NCBI GenBank assembly: GCA_026026165.1
Contig: JAPEUD010000034.1
Coordinates: 62,001-126,000, forward strand
Direction of reading: 5' to 3'
Source: Sarea resinae
Taxonomy: Eukaryota
Length of the DNA stretch: 64,000 nucleotides
The number at the start of each line of letters is the position of its first letter. Positions within the stretch are counted from its first letter, which is position 1. The position numbers were made by a program, and so were the translations under genes. Shown piece after piece: positions 1 to 12,462 of the stretch. A model generated the notes under the pieces. That model saw nothing but the letters and a program-made list of their open reading frames with translations, was not told the DNA's origin and did no database searches.

Positions 1-804
1 GAACCGCAAGGGCTTTTTGATTGGCCTCGTCGCTCGAGCCAGAGGGCGTAACGGGCTTGAAGCTGAGATGGTATCGCCGTGTAAGTTCGGCAGGGAACAT
101 TGAAGTTGGCAGTGACGTGTCCAGCTCGTTCTCGATGACTGAGGCCATGGTCTCATTCCGCTTCTCTCGTTGTGACATGATAATATCCAGAACATCATCT
201 TTGAAACTGGTGGAGATTAGCAATGCGAACGAGAAGAAGAGAAAGTCGGCCACGTACGATATTTCCCTGCTCTCCTTTGGCATTACCTTGTCTACCGCTC
301 TTGACATAATTTCGACGTAATGCTTTGCATTTCTCTCGATTGACGACACCAAGGTCGGGCCCTCGTTATCATCAAGACTCTTCTCAAACTGCCACGAGCT
401 AGTCAGCATTCCTTTCCTCGACCTTTCCCAGCAATATAGCATACCTCCTGGAGATCGTCTAGCTCAATAATGATTTCCGAAGTCTCTCGATCGGCGACCT
501 TCTGGAGCAGCTCCATGTACTTTCGCTTTGGATCTTTTGAGGCGGCTGCTCGGGACTGATTATCGCCTGACACCTCGTCCATAAAGTCATATTCGTCGCT
601 CAAGTTGTCATCTTCAATGTGGAGGCCTTCGAAAGCGTTGGCGGCAGAGGAGGTCGTGTTGAAAGACTTGAAACTGGTCAGGAACTCCTCGAAGGCGGCT
701 ACACGTCGCGGTTAGCTAAGGAGTACAGATTGCTGGTGAAGATGCATTAACTCACATTGCTGCGCATCGTAATCCGCCGGGGCTCTGTAAGTAGCAAGAT
801 CCAT
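1..804 (-). CDS. MCM7: MCM7 replicative helicase subunit, 5' part (runs off the left edge of the window)
   Basis: Spliced reading from ATG 804: MDLATYRAPADYDAQQ|SAFEEFLTSFK...SDEYDFMDE...KYMELLQKVADRETSEIIIELDDLQE|FEKSL...HYVEIMSRAVDKVMP...|FKDDVLDIIMSQREKRN...FPAELTRRYHLSFKP, which resembles the fungal Mcm7 N-terminus. Introns 755-699, 444-389 and a third near 258-205, with GT..AG ends. Confidence 0.92.
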
Positions 805-1038
805 GATGCGCCCTTCTCAGCGTTGGCGGCCTCCGTGAGGATGGCTTTGCGCGTCCCTCTCTTTTTTGGATCAAACGTATGTTGATAGAATAAGATTGAT
901 CGTGATCGTCTACTGTCAGTCGTCAGTCGTCTGTCGTTGCAATAGTATGGCGACGATCAAGGAGGGCGCATGGGATGTTTGACGTCGGAGGTTGGAGTTT
1001 GAGGAATTTAGCGATTCGGCGGCGCTTGAACGTCGAAG

Positions 1039-1081
1039 ACGCGCCGAACGCGATCAATGAATGAAGGGAGACGCGTCGCGA
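1039..1081. promoter_or_regulatory. Cluster of MCB-like (ACGCGT) cell-cycle elements upstream of MCM7
   Basis: Perfect ACGCGT at 1071-1076 plus ACGCGC (1039) and ACGCGA (1048), about 240-270 bp upstream of the MCM7 ATG. MCB boxes are established MBF sites of replication genes. Confidence 0.6.
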
Positions 1082-1354
1082 GTATGACTAAGCGCAAGCA
1101 TGACTCAGCGGCAGCTGAATGCGGGGAGAGCTACTGCGCAGTCCCCGGAAGATGCCTCGGCCCGTGATGGATTGGCATTCAGATTGACAGTCCACATCGA
1201 TGATTCGCATTCTTTTACGCTCGCCGTGAAGATAGCACTTGTGGCCGCAGATGACTTTCATCTCAAGCGCTTTCTGGCAACGGAGATGACCTGAAGGAGC
1301 TTGAGCTGCTGTTCGGACTGATTTGCCAGATTCCCGGGCACTTGGCCTTCAACC

Positions 1355-4300
1355 ATGGCTCCAGCTCCCGCCCGGCGGAGGTCTAGCTCTGGTGGCTCTG
1401 CTACTCAGGCGGAGGTCTCCTTGGTATCTCTTAAAAACTGTCTGGTCAATCTCCCGTCTTCGCTGGTGTCGATACTCGTCAACTCCAACACGGCTGTTCA
1501 GGATGTGATCGTCGAGCTCACCTATCGCCAAAACGCCCCCTCAACTCCGACCGGCACGAATGGCGCACCGGAGATCAGGTCTATCTTTGTCGGATGGACG
1601 GGCATGCCCAGCAAACGCAGGCTTGCTCCGGTGGTCGGAAGGGATGGCATCAGCGGGACTCGGGCCGCGGCTGCGAGAGAACAAGAGATAGCTACTGTGG
1701 AGGTCGATGCAACTTTTGGCAGGTCACTCGATCTAGCTGAAGGCCAAAGGATTGGCATTCTTCTTCATCTGGATCCGCCACTCGCCCATACGATACATAT
1801 TGAACCGGTCACGCCAGCGGATTGGGAAATCATCGAGCTTCATGCGACTTTCTTAGAACTTCACCTTCTTTCTCAGATTCGAGCACTACCAAATCCATCC
1901 TTTAACCCTGCATCTAAAGAGCAGATTCGGACTGGACATCTGCTCACGCTCCATCTCTCTCCAACCTCGACTGCCAACATCACAGTCACCTCTCTTGTGC
2001 CCGTACCACCATCTTCTTCGCCGTTCGCAAAGATTGCACCAGATGCTGAAGTCATTGTTGCCCCCAAGACCCGAAAGAGACCGTCTCGTAGCGACGGTCG
2101 TGACGCTCGGAGTATGACAAGTACAAGTCGGAAGAGTCTTGGTGGAAGGAGTGTCACGAGTACGGTGCGCCGCAAGAGTGCTCGGGATGAATCTGATGGA
2201 AGAGGACCCCTGTTCTTTCGGGGGGTTGATCGATGCGTGGGGGACGAGTGGTTTGACGAAAGCATGGAAAACATAGGGCTGCAGGTATGGGTCGATCGGG
2301 ATATCTTAGCTTCGAAGAGTTTGAGAGGAGCAAGCTTTGCTACTGTGTCAGTCCTCAAGCCTGCTGGTCTACAACCCCCAATAGATCCTCAGCTGGTATC
2401 ACAGCAAGGACAAGATGTCTCGGGCGGTGTGGGTAATCAGAAGAAGCCTGCAGCTAAAGTGGTGGCGAGATTATCACCATGGGATGATGCACCTGATTCT
2501 CGTCATGTCGCACTCTCTTCGGCCCTTTGTGCATCTTTATCGTCGGAAGGCATGGTTGGTGGCATAATTCGACTAGAGACGGCGCCTCCACAATTACCGA
2601 GGAACCATGAGACCGCAGTCAAGGTGTTTCCCTTTGCATCAGGCACGAGACGACAGAGCGATGGGATCAAGTTCGGAGGTGGTTCCGCTGCTGAACGAAA
2701 GGAGTGTGAAAGGAAGCTGAATTCTATATATGGAAAGACTGCCAGTCCCAATGGCGGGATACTTGATGGACCTCTTACAGATGGACTTTTGTTGCCCAAG
2801 GTCGAGCAGACTGAGCAGGGGTTTGTCTGGGAGGGAGGCATCATCAAATTCGACCACCCGATACCAGGACCGACGGAGGGCAGAAGAGACATTTTGAGCT
2901 GGCTTTCAAATAGTGAACACAAGCTCAGCATAGAAGTACAGCCAGAAATACCCAGAACACTGAATGCTCAACCCACCTCAGCGCTCATGCCACAGCCTAT
3001 ACCATCTCAAATGCCTACGATGGTCGGCATAGACCACCTCATATCCGAATTGATGACTCATCTATCGCATTCTTCCTCCGTCCTGTTGGCCGGCGGTTTG
3101 GGTTCTGGTAAATCATCATTGACACACCTTCTAGCGCATCGATTGCGCAGCGAATTCCTTTTCAACGCGCAGTACTTTCCTTGCCGAAAACTCATCACAG
3201 ACGAGACACGGGTCTCTACTATCAAGGAAACTTTGAACAGGGTCTTTGCTTCTGCTGCGTGGGGAGCGAGACTTGGCGGTCGATCTGTGGTGATCCTCGA
3301 TGATCTGGACAAGCTCTGCCCCGTCGAAACGGAGCTGCAGGTTGGAGGAGAAAATGGCCGCAGTCGTCAAGTCAGCGAAATCATCTGCTCTGTTGTCCGT
3401 CAATATTGCAGCCTGGATTCAGGGGTCGTGCTACTCGCCACCGCGCAAGGGAAGGATGCGTTAAATAATGTGGTAATTGGAGGCCACGTCGTGCGAGAGA
3501 TCATCAGCATTAAAGCACCAGATAAAGAAGGCAGACGAAGGGTTCTGGAGAAGCTTGTTCACTCCGACAACAGTGTAGCCCTCAAGTCTCAGCCTAATGG
3601 TCATGAAGCAAAGAACACTAAAAAGACGGAGGATGAGGCAGCATGGATGGATGGGTCCAGTACAGGCAGTAGACCGGGCTCTTCTGGCAGTTCAGGCGCA
3701 TTTGCTGTAGACCATAGTCTTGACTTCTTAGACTTGGCTGGACAGACGGACGGCTACATGCCCGGCGATCTCGTCTTGCTTGTCTCTCGAGCTCGAAGCG
3801 AGGCATTGATACACTATCTGGAGTCCGCAACTGACGACACCAGCAGCACCATCCCTATTGGCAGAGATGATTTCGATCGGGCTCAGAAAGGGTTCACTCC
3901 AGCCTCCTTAAGAAATGTCACGCTGCAGTCATCCACCACTACCTTTGACTCGATTGGCGGGCTCCATGCTACGAGAAAGATACTCCTCGAAACTCTTCAA
4001 TATCCAACCACGTACGCTCCGATCTTTGTACAATGTCCGCTCCGTCTCCGGTCTGGTTTGCTCCTCTACGGATATCCTGGATGCGGCAAGACTCTTCTCG
4101 CCAGTGCCGTTGCTGGCGAATGTGGATTAAACTTTATCAGCGTCAAAGGCCCTGAAATTCTCAACAAGTATATCGGTGCCAGTGAGAAGAGTGTCCGGGA
4201 CCTTTTCGAGCGAGCAGAAGCTGCAAGGCCATGCGTACTGTTTTTCGACGAGTTTGACAGTATTGCACCAAAGAGGTATTGTGTTTCCCTTCATTTGGAG

Positions 4301-5227
4301 GATGATCACTGAATAGTGGACAGAGGCCATGACTCGACCGGCGTCACAGATCGTGTGGTCAACCAGCTGCTCACACAAATGGACGGCGCAGAAGGCCTCT
4401 CTGGGGTCTATGTACTTGCTGCCACCTCTCGCCCCGACCTCATCGACCCCGCACTCCTACGACCAGGCCGTCTCGACAAGTCAATTATATGCGATCTACC
4501 AGACTACGACGACCGAGTGGACATACTCAAAGCCCTCAGCAAAAGACTCAAAATAAGCGAAGATGTCCTGAGCAATGGTAACAGCCAAGGAGGGAGCATC
4601 GGAGAGCTTGCGAGGAGAACAGAGGGCTACTCTGGAGCCGACCTACAGGCTGTCGTATACAATGCGCAACTAGAAGCGATTCACGATGTCATCGATGATA
4701 CCGCCGGCGGTAGAGGATCAGAGAACGGGGAGACGAAAGGAAAGAAGCGAGCAGACGGTGCTGGCAAAGGCGCCTTTGACCTTCTCTCAAAAGATCTCAT
4801 GCAATTCCGCTTCGGCGAGGAAGAAGATGAAAAAGAAGCTGCCGAACGCGCTTCTCAGGGTCGGAACCATTCCAAACAGCTCGCAGAACGCGCAGCCATC
4901 GCAGCAAAGTTGGAGGCTATCAAGGTGGCTAAGAAACGGCAGCGACGTGCGGCACGTGGCGATGCGGGCGGAAACAACATGGACGAAGCTGGCACGGGTA
5001 GTGGCGGTGCTGGGGACACGGGAGGTAAAAGAGGGGCAAAGGGTCCGGAGGTTATGATTAGGTGGAAGCATCTCATGGCGTCCTTGAGCACGACCAGGGC
5101 CTCGATCAGTCCAGAGGAAAGGAGACGATTGCGGGCTATTTACCGGGAGTTTGTGGTTGGCAGGAACGGTGAGATGCCGAATGGGCAGGGTACGACTGAG
5201 GTTGGCGGCAGGACTAGTCTGATGTAA
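1355..5227 (+). CDS. PEX1: Peroxin-1, AAA ATPase
   Basis: N-terminal LKNCLVNLP and [15 protein letters not shown] motifs. Two AAA modules ([58 protein letters not shown]). One 48-nt intron (4276-4323) joins the two ORFs in frame. Confidence 0.97.
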
Positions 5228-5579
5228 ATCTTGCATCATGGAGTGAGAGCAAAAGTTGGCTTTTTTCATTCATCAATGCATCGTGGACGCCCTGCATAGG
5301 GCGCTCGCGGCTACGGTCTGTCAGGGTCTTTCGCTTCGCTGCCAAATGTAGTTTAGCCGCGGCTGCGAAATGCAGGTACGCGCAGATTAACCGCGAATGG
5401 TCTAGGCTTCGGGGCCGCTCCGTTCGCGCTTTGCAACTGATTCTACGGAGTAGATGGCCAATTGAACAGGAAACGGGCAGCTCGAAGCCAAGTGCTATGT
5501 TGATGTTTTACCCTTGAGTTTCCCCTCTCCTGCTCATTACACCACCACTCCCTTCCCAAAAGCCCTCTCAGGTTCGGCA

Positions 5580-6629
5580 ATGGCCGTCCAAATCTCCACT
5601 CTTATGGCCTACGCCATCGGCCTCGCCTCCTTCTATCTCTTCGTCTTCGTCCCCATGTCGCAGAAGTCCCCCAACAACACCAACGCAGATCGGTCCGCTG
5701 CTGGCTCAGAGGGCATTTTCAATGCTACTGGGACGCTCGTGGCTCCGGAGGATATCGATACCGGTGAATGTCCCGAGCACAAATATACCGTGCATATATT
5801 CTCTAGAGATCCGCTGGTGGTTTATATCCCGGATTTTGTGAGTGCGGAGGAGATTGCGCATGTGCTTGACATCAGGTTCGTGATCACCGTATCAGACGAA
5901 GAGAGAAAAGGGACCCCAAGGGGAAGTTGAGTGGGGAGATGAAAGAACATGAAGAAGAGGAACAATTCAATCTCATGTGCCAAGGAGACCTCACAGCCAA
6001 GAGAAAAAGTCAAGCTAACCGTCATCTTTGGAAACGCCCACAGCACGCCGCTCTTCGCGCCCTCCCGCACAAATAGCGATGGCTCCACCGAATACGTCGA
6101 CCCCAAGATCCGCAACTCCTCGGTCGCGCTTCTGCCCCGCACGTCGACCATCCAGTGCATCGAAGCTCGCGCCTTGGCCTTTCAGGGCTGGCGTCCAGAC
6201 CTCTACATCGAGAGGCTGCGCTCCCAGCTCTATAAGGGCCCCGGCGGACATTACGTGCATCATTACGATTGGTCGGCGTCGTTTGGGGGGGTGGGAAGGG
6301 TCAGCACGTTTAACGTCTACCTAGAGGATGGCTGTGAGGGGGGCGGCACGGAATTCCCGCTGTTGAATAAGCCCCTCGGTATGAGCAGGGAGTGGTGTCA
6401 GTGGGTGGAGTGTGAGGAAGTGGATGAGGGCGTTACTGGGGTGAGCAAGGAGGTCGAGAAAACGGGGGGGACGGGTGCGGTGTTTAAGCCGAAGACCGGC
6501 AGCGCGGTCTACTGGGAGAATTTCAAACCGGATGGGAAAGGAGACGAGAGGACATGGCATGCTGGGTTGCCGGTTAAAAAGGGCGTGAAGATCGGCTTGA
6601 ATGTTTGGAGTTGGTATCAGCCCCGGTGA
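5580..6629 (+). CDS. Prolyl 4-hydroxylase-like 2OG-Fe(II) oxygenase with N-terminal signal anchor
   Basis: Hydrophobic N-terminus; FSRDPLVVYIPDFVSAEEI; HYD metal motif, EGGGTEFP, distal WHAGLPVKKGVK. Intron 5876-6043 (GTTCGT..GCTAAC..CAG) restores the frame. Confidence 0.85.
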
Positions 6630-6903
6630 GGGTCAGTGTGCCGGTCTCCTCGTATATATTTGGCATAACAAAGGCAATTCAAACTTGATGCTCGTCATGA
6701 TCTGCGAAAAGAAGCCGACGAGTCTGGAAGATCTGGATCTACCCCGTGTTGGATGGAGCACAGGGCGCTCTCAGGCTCGTGCTCAGAGTCGCAAGCAAAA
6801 GATAAGTACGGTGACCTCTGCAGGCCAAAGGGACCACAATAATTTCACGTCGGTGACTTCACTCCCTCCATGGATTGATTGCTGCCCTCATCTCGAGCTC
6901 TTG

Positions 6904-6910
6904 TGACTCA
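6904..6910. promoter_or_regulatory. Gcn4/CpcA (cross-pathway control) site TGACTCA upstream of ARG4
   Basis: Perfect TGACTCA about 120 bp before the ATG, followed by TATAAA at about 6922. ARG4 is an established general-control target. Confidence 0.7.
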
Positions 6911-7027
6911 TCTTTTCCATCTATAAATCCAATCCATTTCTACCTCTGATCTTGATCTCACTGGAACCTCTTTACTGTCCAGACATACCAATTGCAGTCT
7001 TGCTCCGCGATTGACCATCTCAACGCC

Positions 7028-8502
7028 ATGAGCTCCCAGCAAGCTCCGAAGCCGGCGAGTGCGCCAGGCAAAAACATGCTCTGGGGAGGACGCTTCACAG
7101 GTTTCTTCCCATATCCGCCAATTGACTCGACAGAGACTGACCTGCCATTCCGTCAGGTGGTCTGGACCCGCTGATGGTGGCCTACAACGAATCGATCTAC
7201 TACGACCGGGCACTGTACGCGCAAGACATCGCGGGCTCGATCGCCTGGGCGCGCGCGAATCACAAGACCGGCATCCTGACCGCCGCCGAGTTCGCCGCCA
7301 TCGAGGACGGTCTGCGAAAAGTCGAGGAGGAATGGCGCTCGGGCACATTCGACATCAAGCCGGGCGTGGACGAGGACATCCACACGGCCAACGAGCGGCG
7401 CCTGGGCGAGCTGATCGGCACCCACATCTCCGGCAAGCTGCACACGGGCCGCAGTCGCAACGAGCAGGTGGCCACGGACATGCGGCTCTGGCTGCGCGAC
7501 GAGCTGCGCAAGATCGAGGCGCACCTCGTGGACTTCCTGCGCGTCTTCGCCGGCCGCGCCGAGCTCGAGATCAATGTGCTCATGCCCGGCTACACGCACT
7601 TGCAGCGCGCCCAGCCCATCCGCTGGTCCCACTGGCTGCTCTCCTACGCCTCGTGCTTCTCGTCTGACCTGACGCGCCTCCGCGAGGTTATCGCGCGAGT
7701 CAACCGGTCCCCGCTCGGCGCCGGCGCCCTGGCCGGAAACCCGTTCAACATCGACCGCGACGCCATGGCCGCGGAACTGGGGTTCGAGGGCCTGATGCCG
7801 AACTCGCTCGCGGCCGTCGCGGACCGCGACTTCATCACGGAAACGACGCAATGGGGCGCGACGCTCATGTCGCACGTGTCGCGCTGGGCCGAAGACCTGA
7901 TCCTCTACAGCACGGCGGAATTCGGGTTCGTGCGGCTCGCGGACGCGTACTCGACGGGGTCGTCGCTGATGCCGCAGAAGAAGAACCCGGACTCGCTGGA
8001 GCTGCTGCGCGGCAAGTCCGGGCGGGCCTTTGGCCACCTGGCCACGCTCATGTACACGGTCAAGGGCCTGCCGTCGACGTACAACAAGGACCTGCAGGAG
8101 TCGTGGGAGCCGATGCTCGACCACGTGCGCACCGTGTCGGACAGCATCCAGATCGCCACCGGCGTCCTGTCCACGCTCGCCGTCTCGCCCGAGAACATGC
8201 GCCGCGCCCTGACGCCCGACATGCTGGCCACCGACCTCGCCGACTACCTCGTCCGCAAGGGCGTGCCGTTCCGCGAGACCCACCATCTGTCGGGCCAGGT
8301 GGTCGCCCTGGCCGAGCGCGAGCGCGTGCCCATGGATACGCTGTCCGCCCAGCAGCTCGCTGGTGTCGATCCTCGCTTCGAGGCCGATGTGCGCGACGTC
8401 TTTGATTTTGAGCGCAGCGTCGAGATGAGGAATGTGGCGGGTGGCACCAGTCGGGGGGCAGTGACGGAGCAGATTGAGATCTTGAGGAAGGCCTTGGCTT
8501 AG
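7028..8502 (+). CDS. ARG4: Argininosuccinate lyase
   Basis: LWGGRFT|GGLDPLM start, EDIHTANERRL, HTGRSRNEQ, signature GSSLMPQKKNPD, YNKDLQE. Intron 7101-7156. Confidence 0.98.
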
Positions 8503-9099
8503 GCGGTGTGTGTTTTGTGGTAGGATGAGATGTAAGAGAGTAGAGGAGAGGGAGAGGGAGAGAGCATGAAAGAAACCGCTCAAAGAGCTTAAAAAAGTCC
8601 AGTACCCTGACCCAAATATATCCAATCGAATCCCAATGATCTTCTATATAACAATCTCATCCAGTCGAATCCAGTCGAATCCCTTTCCATCAAAGTGAAT
8701 CTAACCTCACCTACCCTTGTCCTATCCTATCCTATGCACTTTGTAAATGGCATTGAACTCGTCATCCAAGTTATATGGAATGGTCAATAGTCAATAGATT
8801 GCACCAGGTTATCCCGCTAGGCGTCCGTGCCGTCGATGATCTGAAGTCGCGACGATGTTGGCCGCCGTATCGAGTCATCCAACGATGAGAAGATGAAGAT
8901 TCGACAAGACAAAGTGGAAGACATGAACAGCAGGAAGGAGGAAGGAGGAAAGGCAATCGGTTTGGTTTTTGTCTGGGCTTGATTGATTCTTATCTGGTAG
9001 ACTCCTGTTGGAGACTATTTACTCGTATTTTATACACTTCTATTCCATATGCTTCGATCTTTACACTCCTATCCTACACGCTTCTAATCTGTCTAGTTT

Positions 9100-9530
9100 G
9101 CCCCCCCCCTCTACCTTACTCTTTTCTACTCTGCTCTGCTCTAGTCTACTCTACTCTGCTCTACTCTACTCTGCCCTCTAACTTCTACTCTCTTACTCTG
9201 CTCTACTCTACTCTTCTACACTCTACTCCTACCTGACTTCACTTTACTCTACCTCTCCTCTCTACCTCTCTTCTCTACCTCTCTCCTCTACTCTCTCTCT
9301 CTCTGCCTCTCTCTCTTACTCTGCCTCTCTACTCTGTCTCTGCCTCTCTACTCTGTCTCTGTCTCTCTACTCTGTCTCTCTACTCTGTCTCTCTACTCTG
9401 TCTCTCTACTCTGTCTCTCTACTCTGTCTCTCTACTCTGTCTCTCTACTACACCCTACTGCACTATATATAGTCTTTTACTATACTATACTATACTATAC
9501 TATACTACGCTATACTACACTATACAATCC
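9100..9530. repeat. Compound pyrimidine-rich micro/minisatellite: (CTACT)n, 13-mer GTCTCTCTACTCT, (TATAC)n
   Basis: Six perfect copies plus a partial copy of GTCTCTCTACTCT at 9361-9449; TATAC run at about 9481-9525. Confidence 0.95.
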
Positions 9531-10373
9531 TCTTAATCAATATAGCTCTTTTTATTACCTATACAGATAGATACATAGACAGACGGATCTAGATACCTTA
9601 GATCGATCGATCTCTACTATCTTATGTTCGTGTTACTATTACTGTTGTAGCGTTCTAGGGAATAGTGTAGTGTAGTGTAGTGTGGTAGAGTATACTGTAG
9701 TCTAAGAGGTCTAAGAGGTCTAAGGGGTGTATTTGTTGTTTGAGGGTAGAGAGATACCGTTATGAAATTCAAGGTCAAGATTAAGTTTAGGATAAAAAAG
9801 AGATAGGAAAGGGGGGAGGGGGAGAGGGGAGGGATAACGATAGAGATAGTAATAAGGATAGATAAATGGCGCGTAAAGGTTGAGGTAGAGGACTAGGAAT
9901 AGTAGAGAGAAGAGAGGAGTAGGAACAGTAGAGAGGACAGAGGACAGAGGAGACAGACAAGCGTTAGTTTGCTAGACACACTATAAGAGGGTAGTAGGGA
10001 GAAAGAGAACCCATGACTAGTAGTAAAGGGCAGAAAGGAGAAGAGATAAAAGGAAGAGAGAGAGAGAGAGCGGCATTATGTAACTAGATCTGCAGAACTC
10101 GTATCTTGAATTGATTTGGATCGACTCGATTGTTTCACTCTAGCTGTCCTGTACTATGCGTATATACTCGGTCTTTATTCCGTTTTTTCGGATCCCGTGC
10201 CGTGGAAAAGAAAGAAATGCTATATAAATGCAATACTGTAAATGCAATGCGAATGCAGCCGCCCTCCCTCGTACCATTTCCATCCATCTGTAAATAACCG
10301 CAAATCCACAGATTTCCACCGTCTACGATCGATACCACGTCCGACCAGCTTGGGCCGACCCAAAAATTGGCCA

Positions 10374-11757
10374 CTAAAGCTTGGCCTCCACAGCCTCGGC
10401 CGGCACGTCCTCGAGCGCGTCCGCCAGGACCTCGACCTCGCCCTCGGCGGGCCGGAAGACGGCGCGCTCGAAGCTCTTCATGGGGTAGAAGCCGTACTTG
10501 TCGAAGATGCGGCGGTCCTCCTCCCAGCCGTTGCACTCGGTCGTCAGCATCTTCTCGCCGGTGAAGACGGCGTTGGCGCCGGCGCCAAAGCAGAGGACCT
10601 GCTGTTCCTCGGCCAGGGTGACGCGGCCGGCCGCGAGCCGCACGATCGTCGACGGCAGCACGATGCGCGCCGTGGCGACGGTGCGGAGGACCGTGTCAAA
10701 GGGCACGGGCGGGCGGTCGCCGAGCGGCGTGCCTGCGATGGGCACGAGCGCGTTGACCGGGAACGACTCTGGGTGCGCCGGCAGCGTCGCCATCGTGTGG
10801 ATCAGCGCCACGCGGTCGGCGTCCTTCTCGCCCAGGCCGAGGATGCCGCCGCTGCAGACGTTGATGCCGGCGTCGCGCACGTGGGCCAGCGTGCCGAGCC
10901 GCTCGTCGTACGTGCGCGTCGAAATCACCGACGGGTAGAACTCCCGTGACGTGTCCAGGTTGTGGTTGTATGCCGTCAGGCCAGCGTCCTTGAGCTCCTT
11001 GGCTTGCACCCCATCGATCATGCCGAGCGTCACGCACGATTCCATGCCTAGCGAGTTGATGCCGGCCACCATCTCTTTGATGTTCTTGAGCGACGTCTTG
11101 CGCCCGCGCATGTCGCGCCATGCCGCCCCCATGCAGAATCGTGTGCTGCCATTCGTCTTGGCGATGCGCGCTTTCTCGAGCACTTCCGTCACGGGCGAGA
11201 CCCGTGTTGCTTGGAGCCCCGTTTGGTGCCGTGTGGACTGTGCGCAGTACGAGCAGTCTTCACTGCAGCCGCCGGTCTTGATGTTCATCAGGGTGCACAT
11301 TTGGATGGCGAGGGGATCGTGGAAGCGGCGGTGGATGGTGGCCTAGGAGAATTGGATGGTGTTAGTGGTGAGCTTTTCCAGTTCTTGTCTGTTTCAATGT
11401 GTATGCCTCGGCTCGGATTGCAGAGGACTGATATGGGGCACGGCAGAGAGCTAGTTGAAAGCTTACAGAGGCATAGGTGAGGTTATTCAGCGGCGTATCA
11501 AAGATCTCTTGGATTTCCTCTCTCGTCCAGTTCGTCCTCGGCCCCGTCGCTTTCAGCGCTTCCTGCAAGACGTTTCCTTTCTTTGGTTGTTGTACGGGCG
11601 TCGTCGGAATGGGCGTGACGGCTTCATCCTGCACGGTGCCGTAACATCTCCGCAACGTCGTCGCTACTATGATGCCGCTCCTTCGACTGAGGGTGGATGA
11701 TGCCGAGGGGCCGCTACTCCGCCGCAGGAGGAAGAGTGGGGTAGCGGTTATCGACAT
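10374..11757 (-). CDS. BIO2: Biotin synthase (radical SAM) with mitochondrial presequence
   Basis: CSEDCSYC radical-SAM motif, RFCMGAAWR, YNHNLDTS, CSGGILGLGE, GANAVFTGEKMLTT. R/S/T-rich N-terminus. Intron 11466-11343. Confidence 0.97.
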
Positions 11758-12462
11758 GGTGGATGGGATGAGGCCTCAATTGAGGTTGGTCGATCAATTG
11801 ATGGTTATGTCGATGGTAAGCAGCAACGGCAGTATTTGGTATGGAATTATGATTTGATAATGGTGTCTCTGGCACGGTTATTGAATGTTGACTCGAGGGT
11901 CTTGGGATCGGTGATTGTTGTGGGAATAAGAGCAATGGCCCCTCGGTCGAACTTCCTCTCGCCTGGCGGGGTGGGGGGGCTAAGTCGGCACGCTGATGTG
12001 GGGCAGAAGGTCCAGATTATCGCGTTCCTCTCCCTCGAGCCCTTCTCCCGACACAACACGACATGCCCACCCACTCCACGCTCGACCATTACAAAGTACT
12101 ATTAACACCCCTATCTCGACCTGAAGGAGATAGCGAGCATCCAATGGGTTTCCCGTATTCTCTTTTTTTGGCGCTCTTCATCAATATACTTTCCAACCGT
12201 GGCTCTTCGAAGCAGAATACGCGATAAGATAGATTACTATAGTATTGATGTCTCACGGTCCATTGCACCACGAAGGGTCCAAGTCAAGAGGAGACGGAAT
12301 GGCATTGGTAAGCTTGCAAGTCGCAACGAAACGCAACGCAACGCAGCAGCCAGAAGCCGCGATTGTGTAAGATATTGCAGAAGTAAATCGACGGCGCCTC
12401 CCCCGTGATACAACATCCTCAACCCGTCAAAGCAGAACCAAATCAAAAAAATCCACAAAACT

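Noticed and set aside
7153..8625. 490-aa antisense ORF
   Set aside because: Shadow of the very GC3-rich ARG4 gene. The same applies to the long antisense or alternative-frame ORFs over BIO2, the DAHP synthase and the secreted protein.
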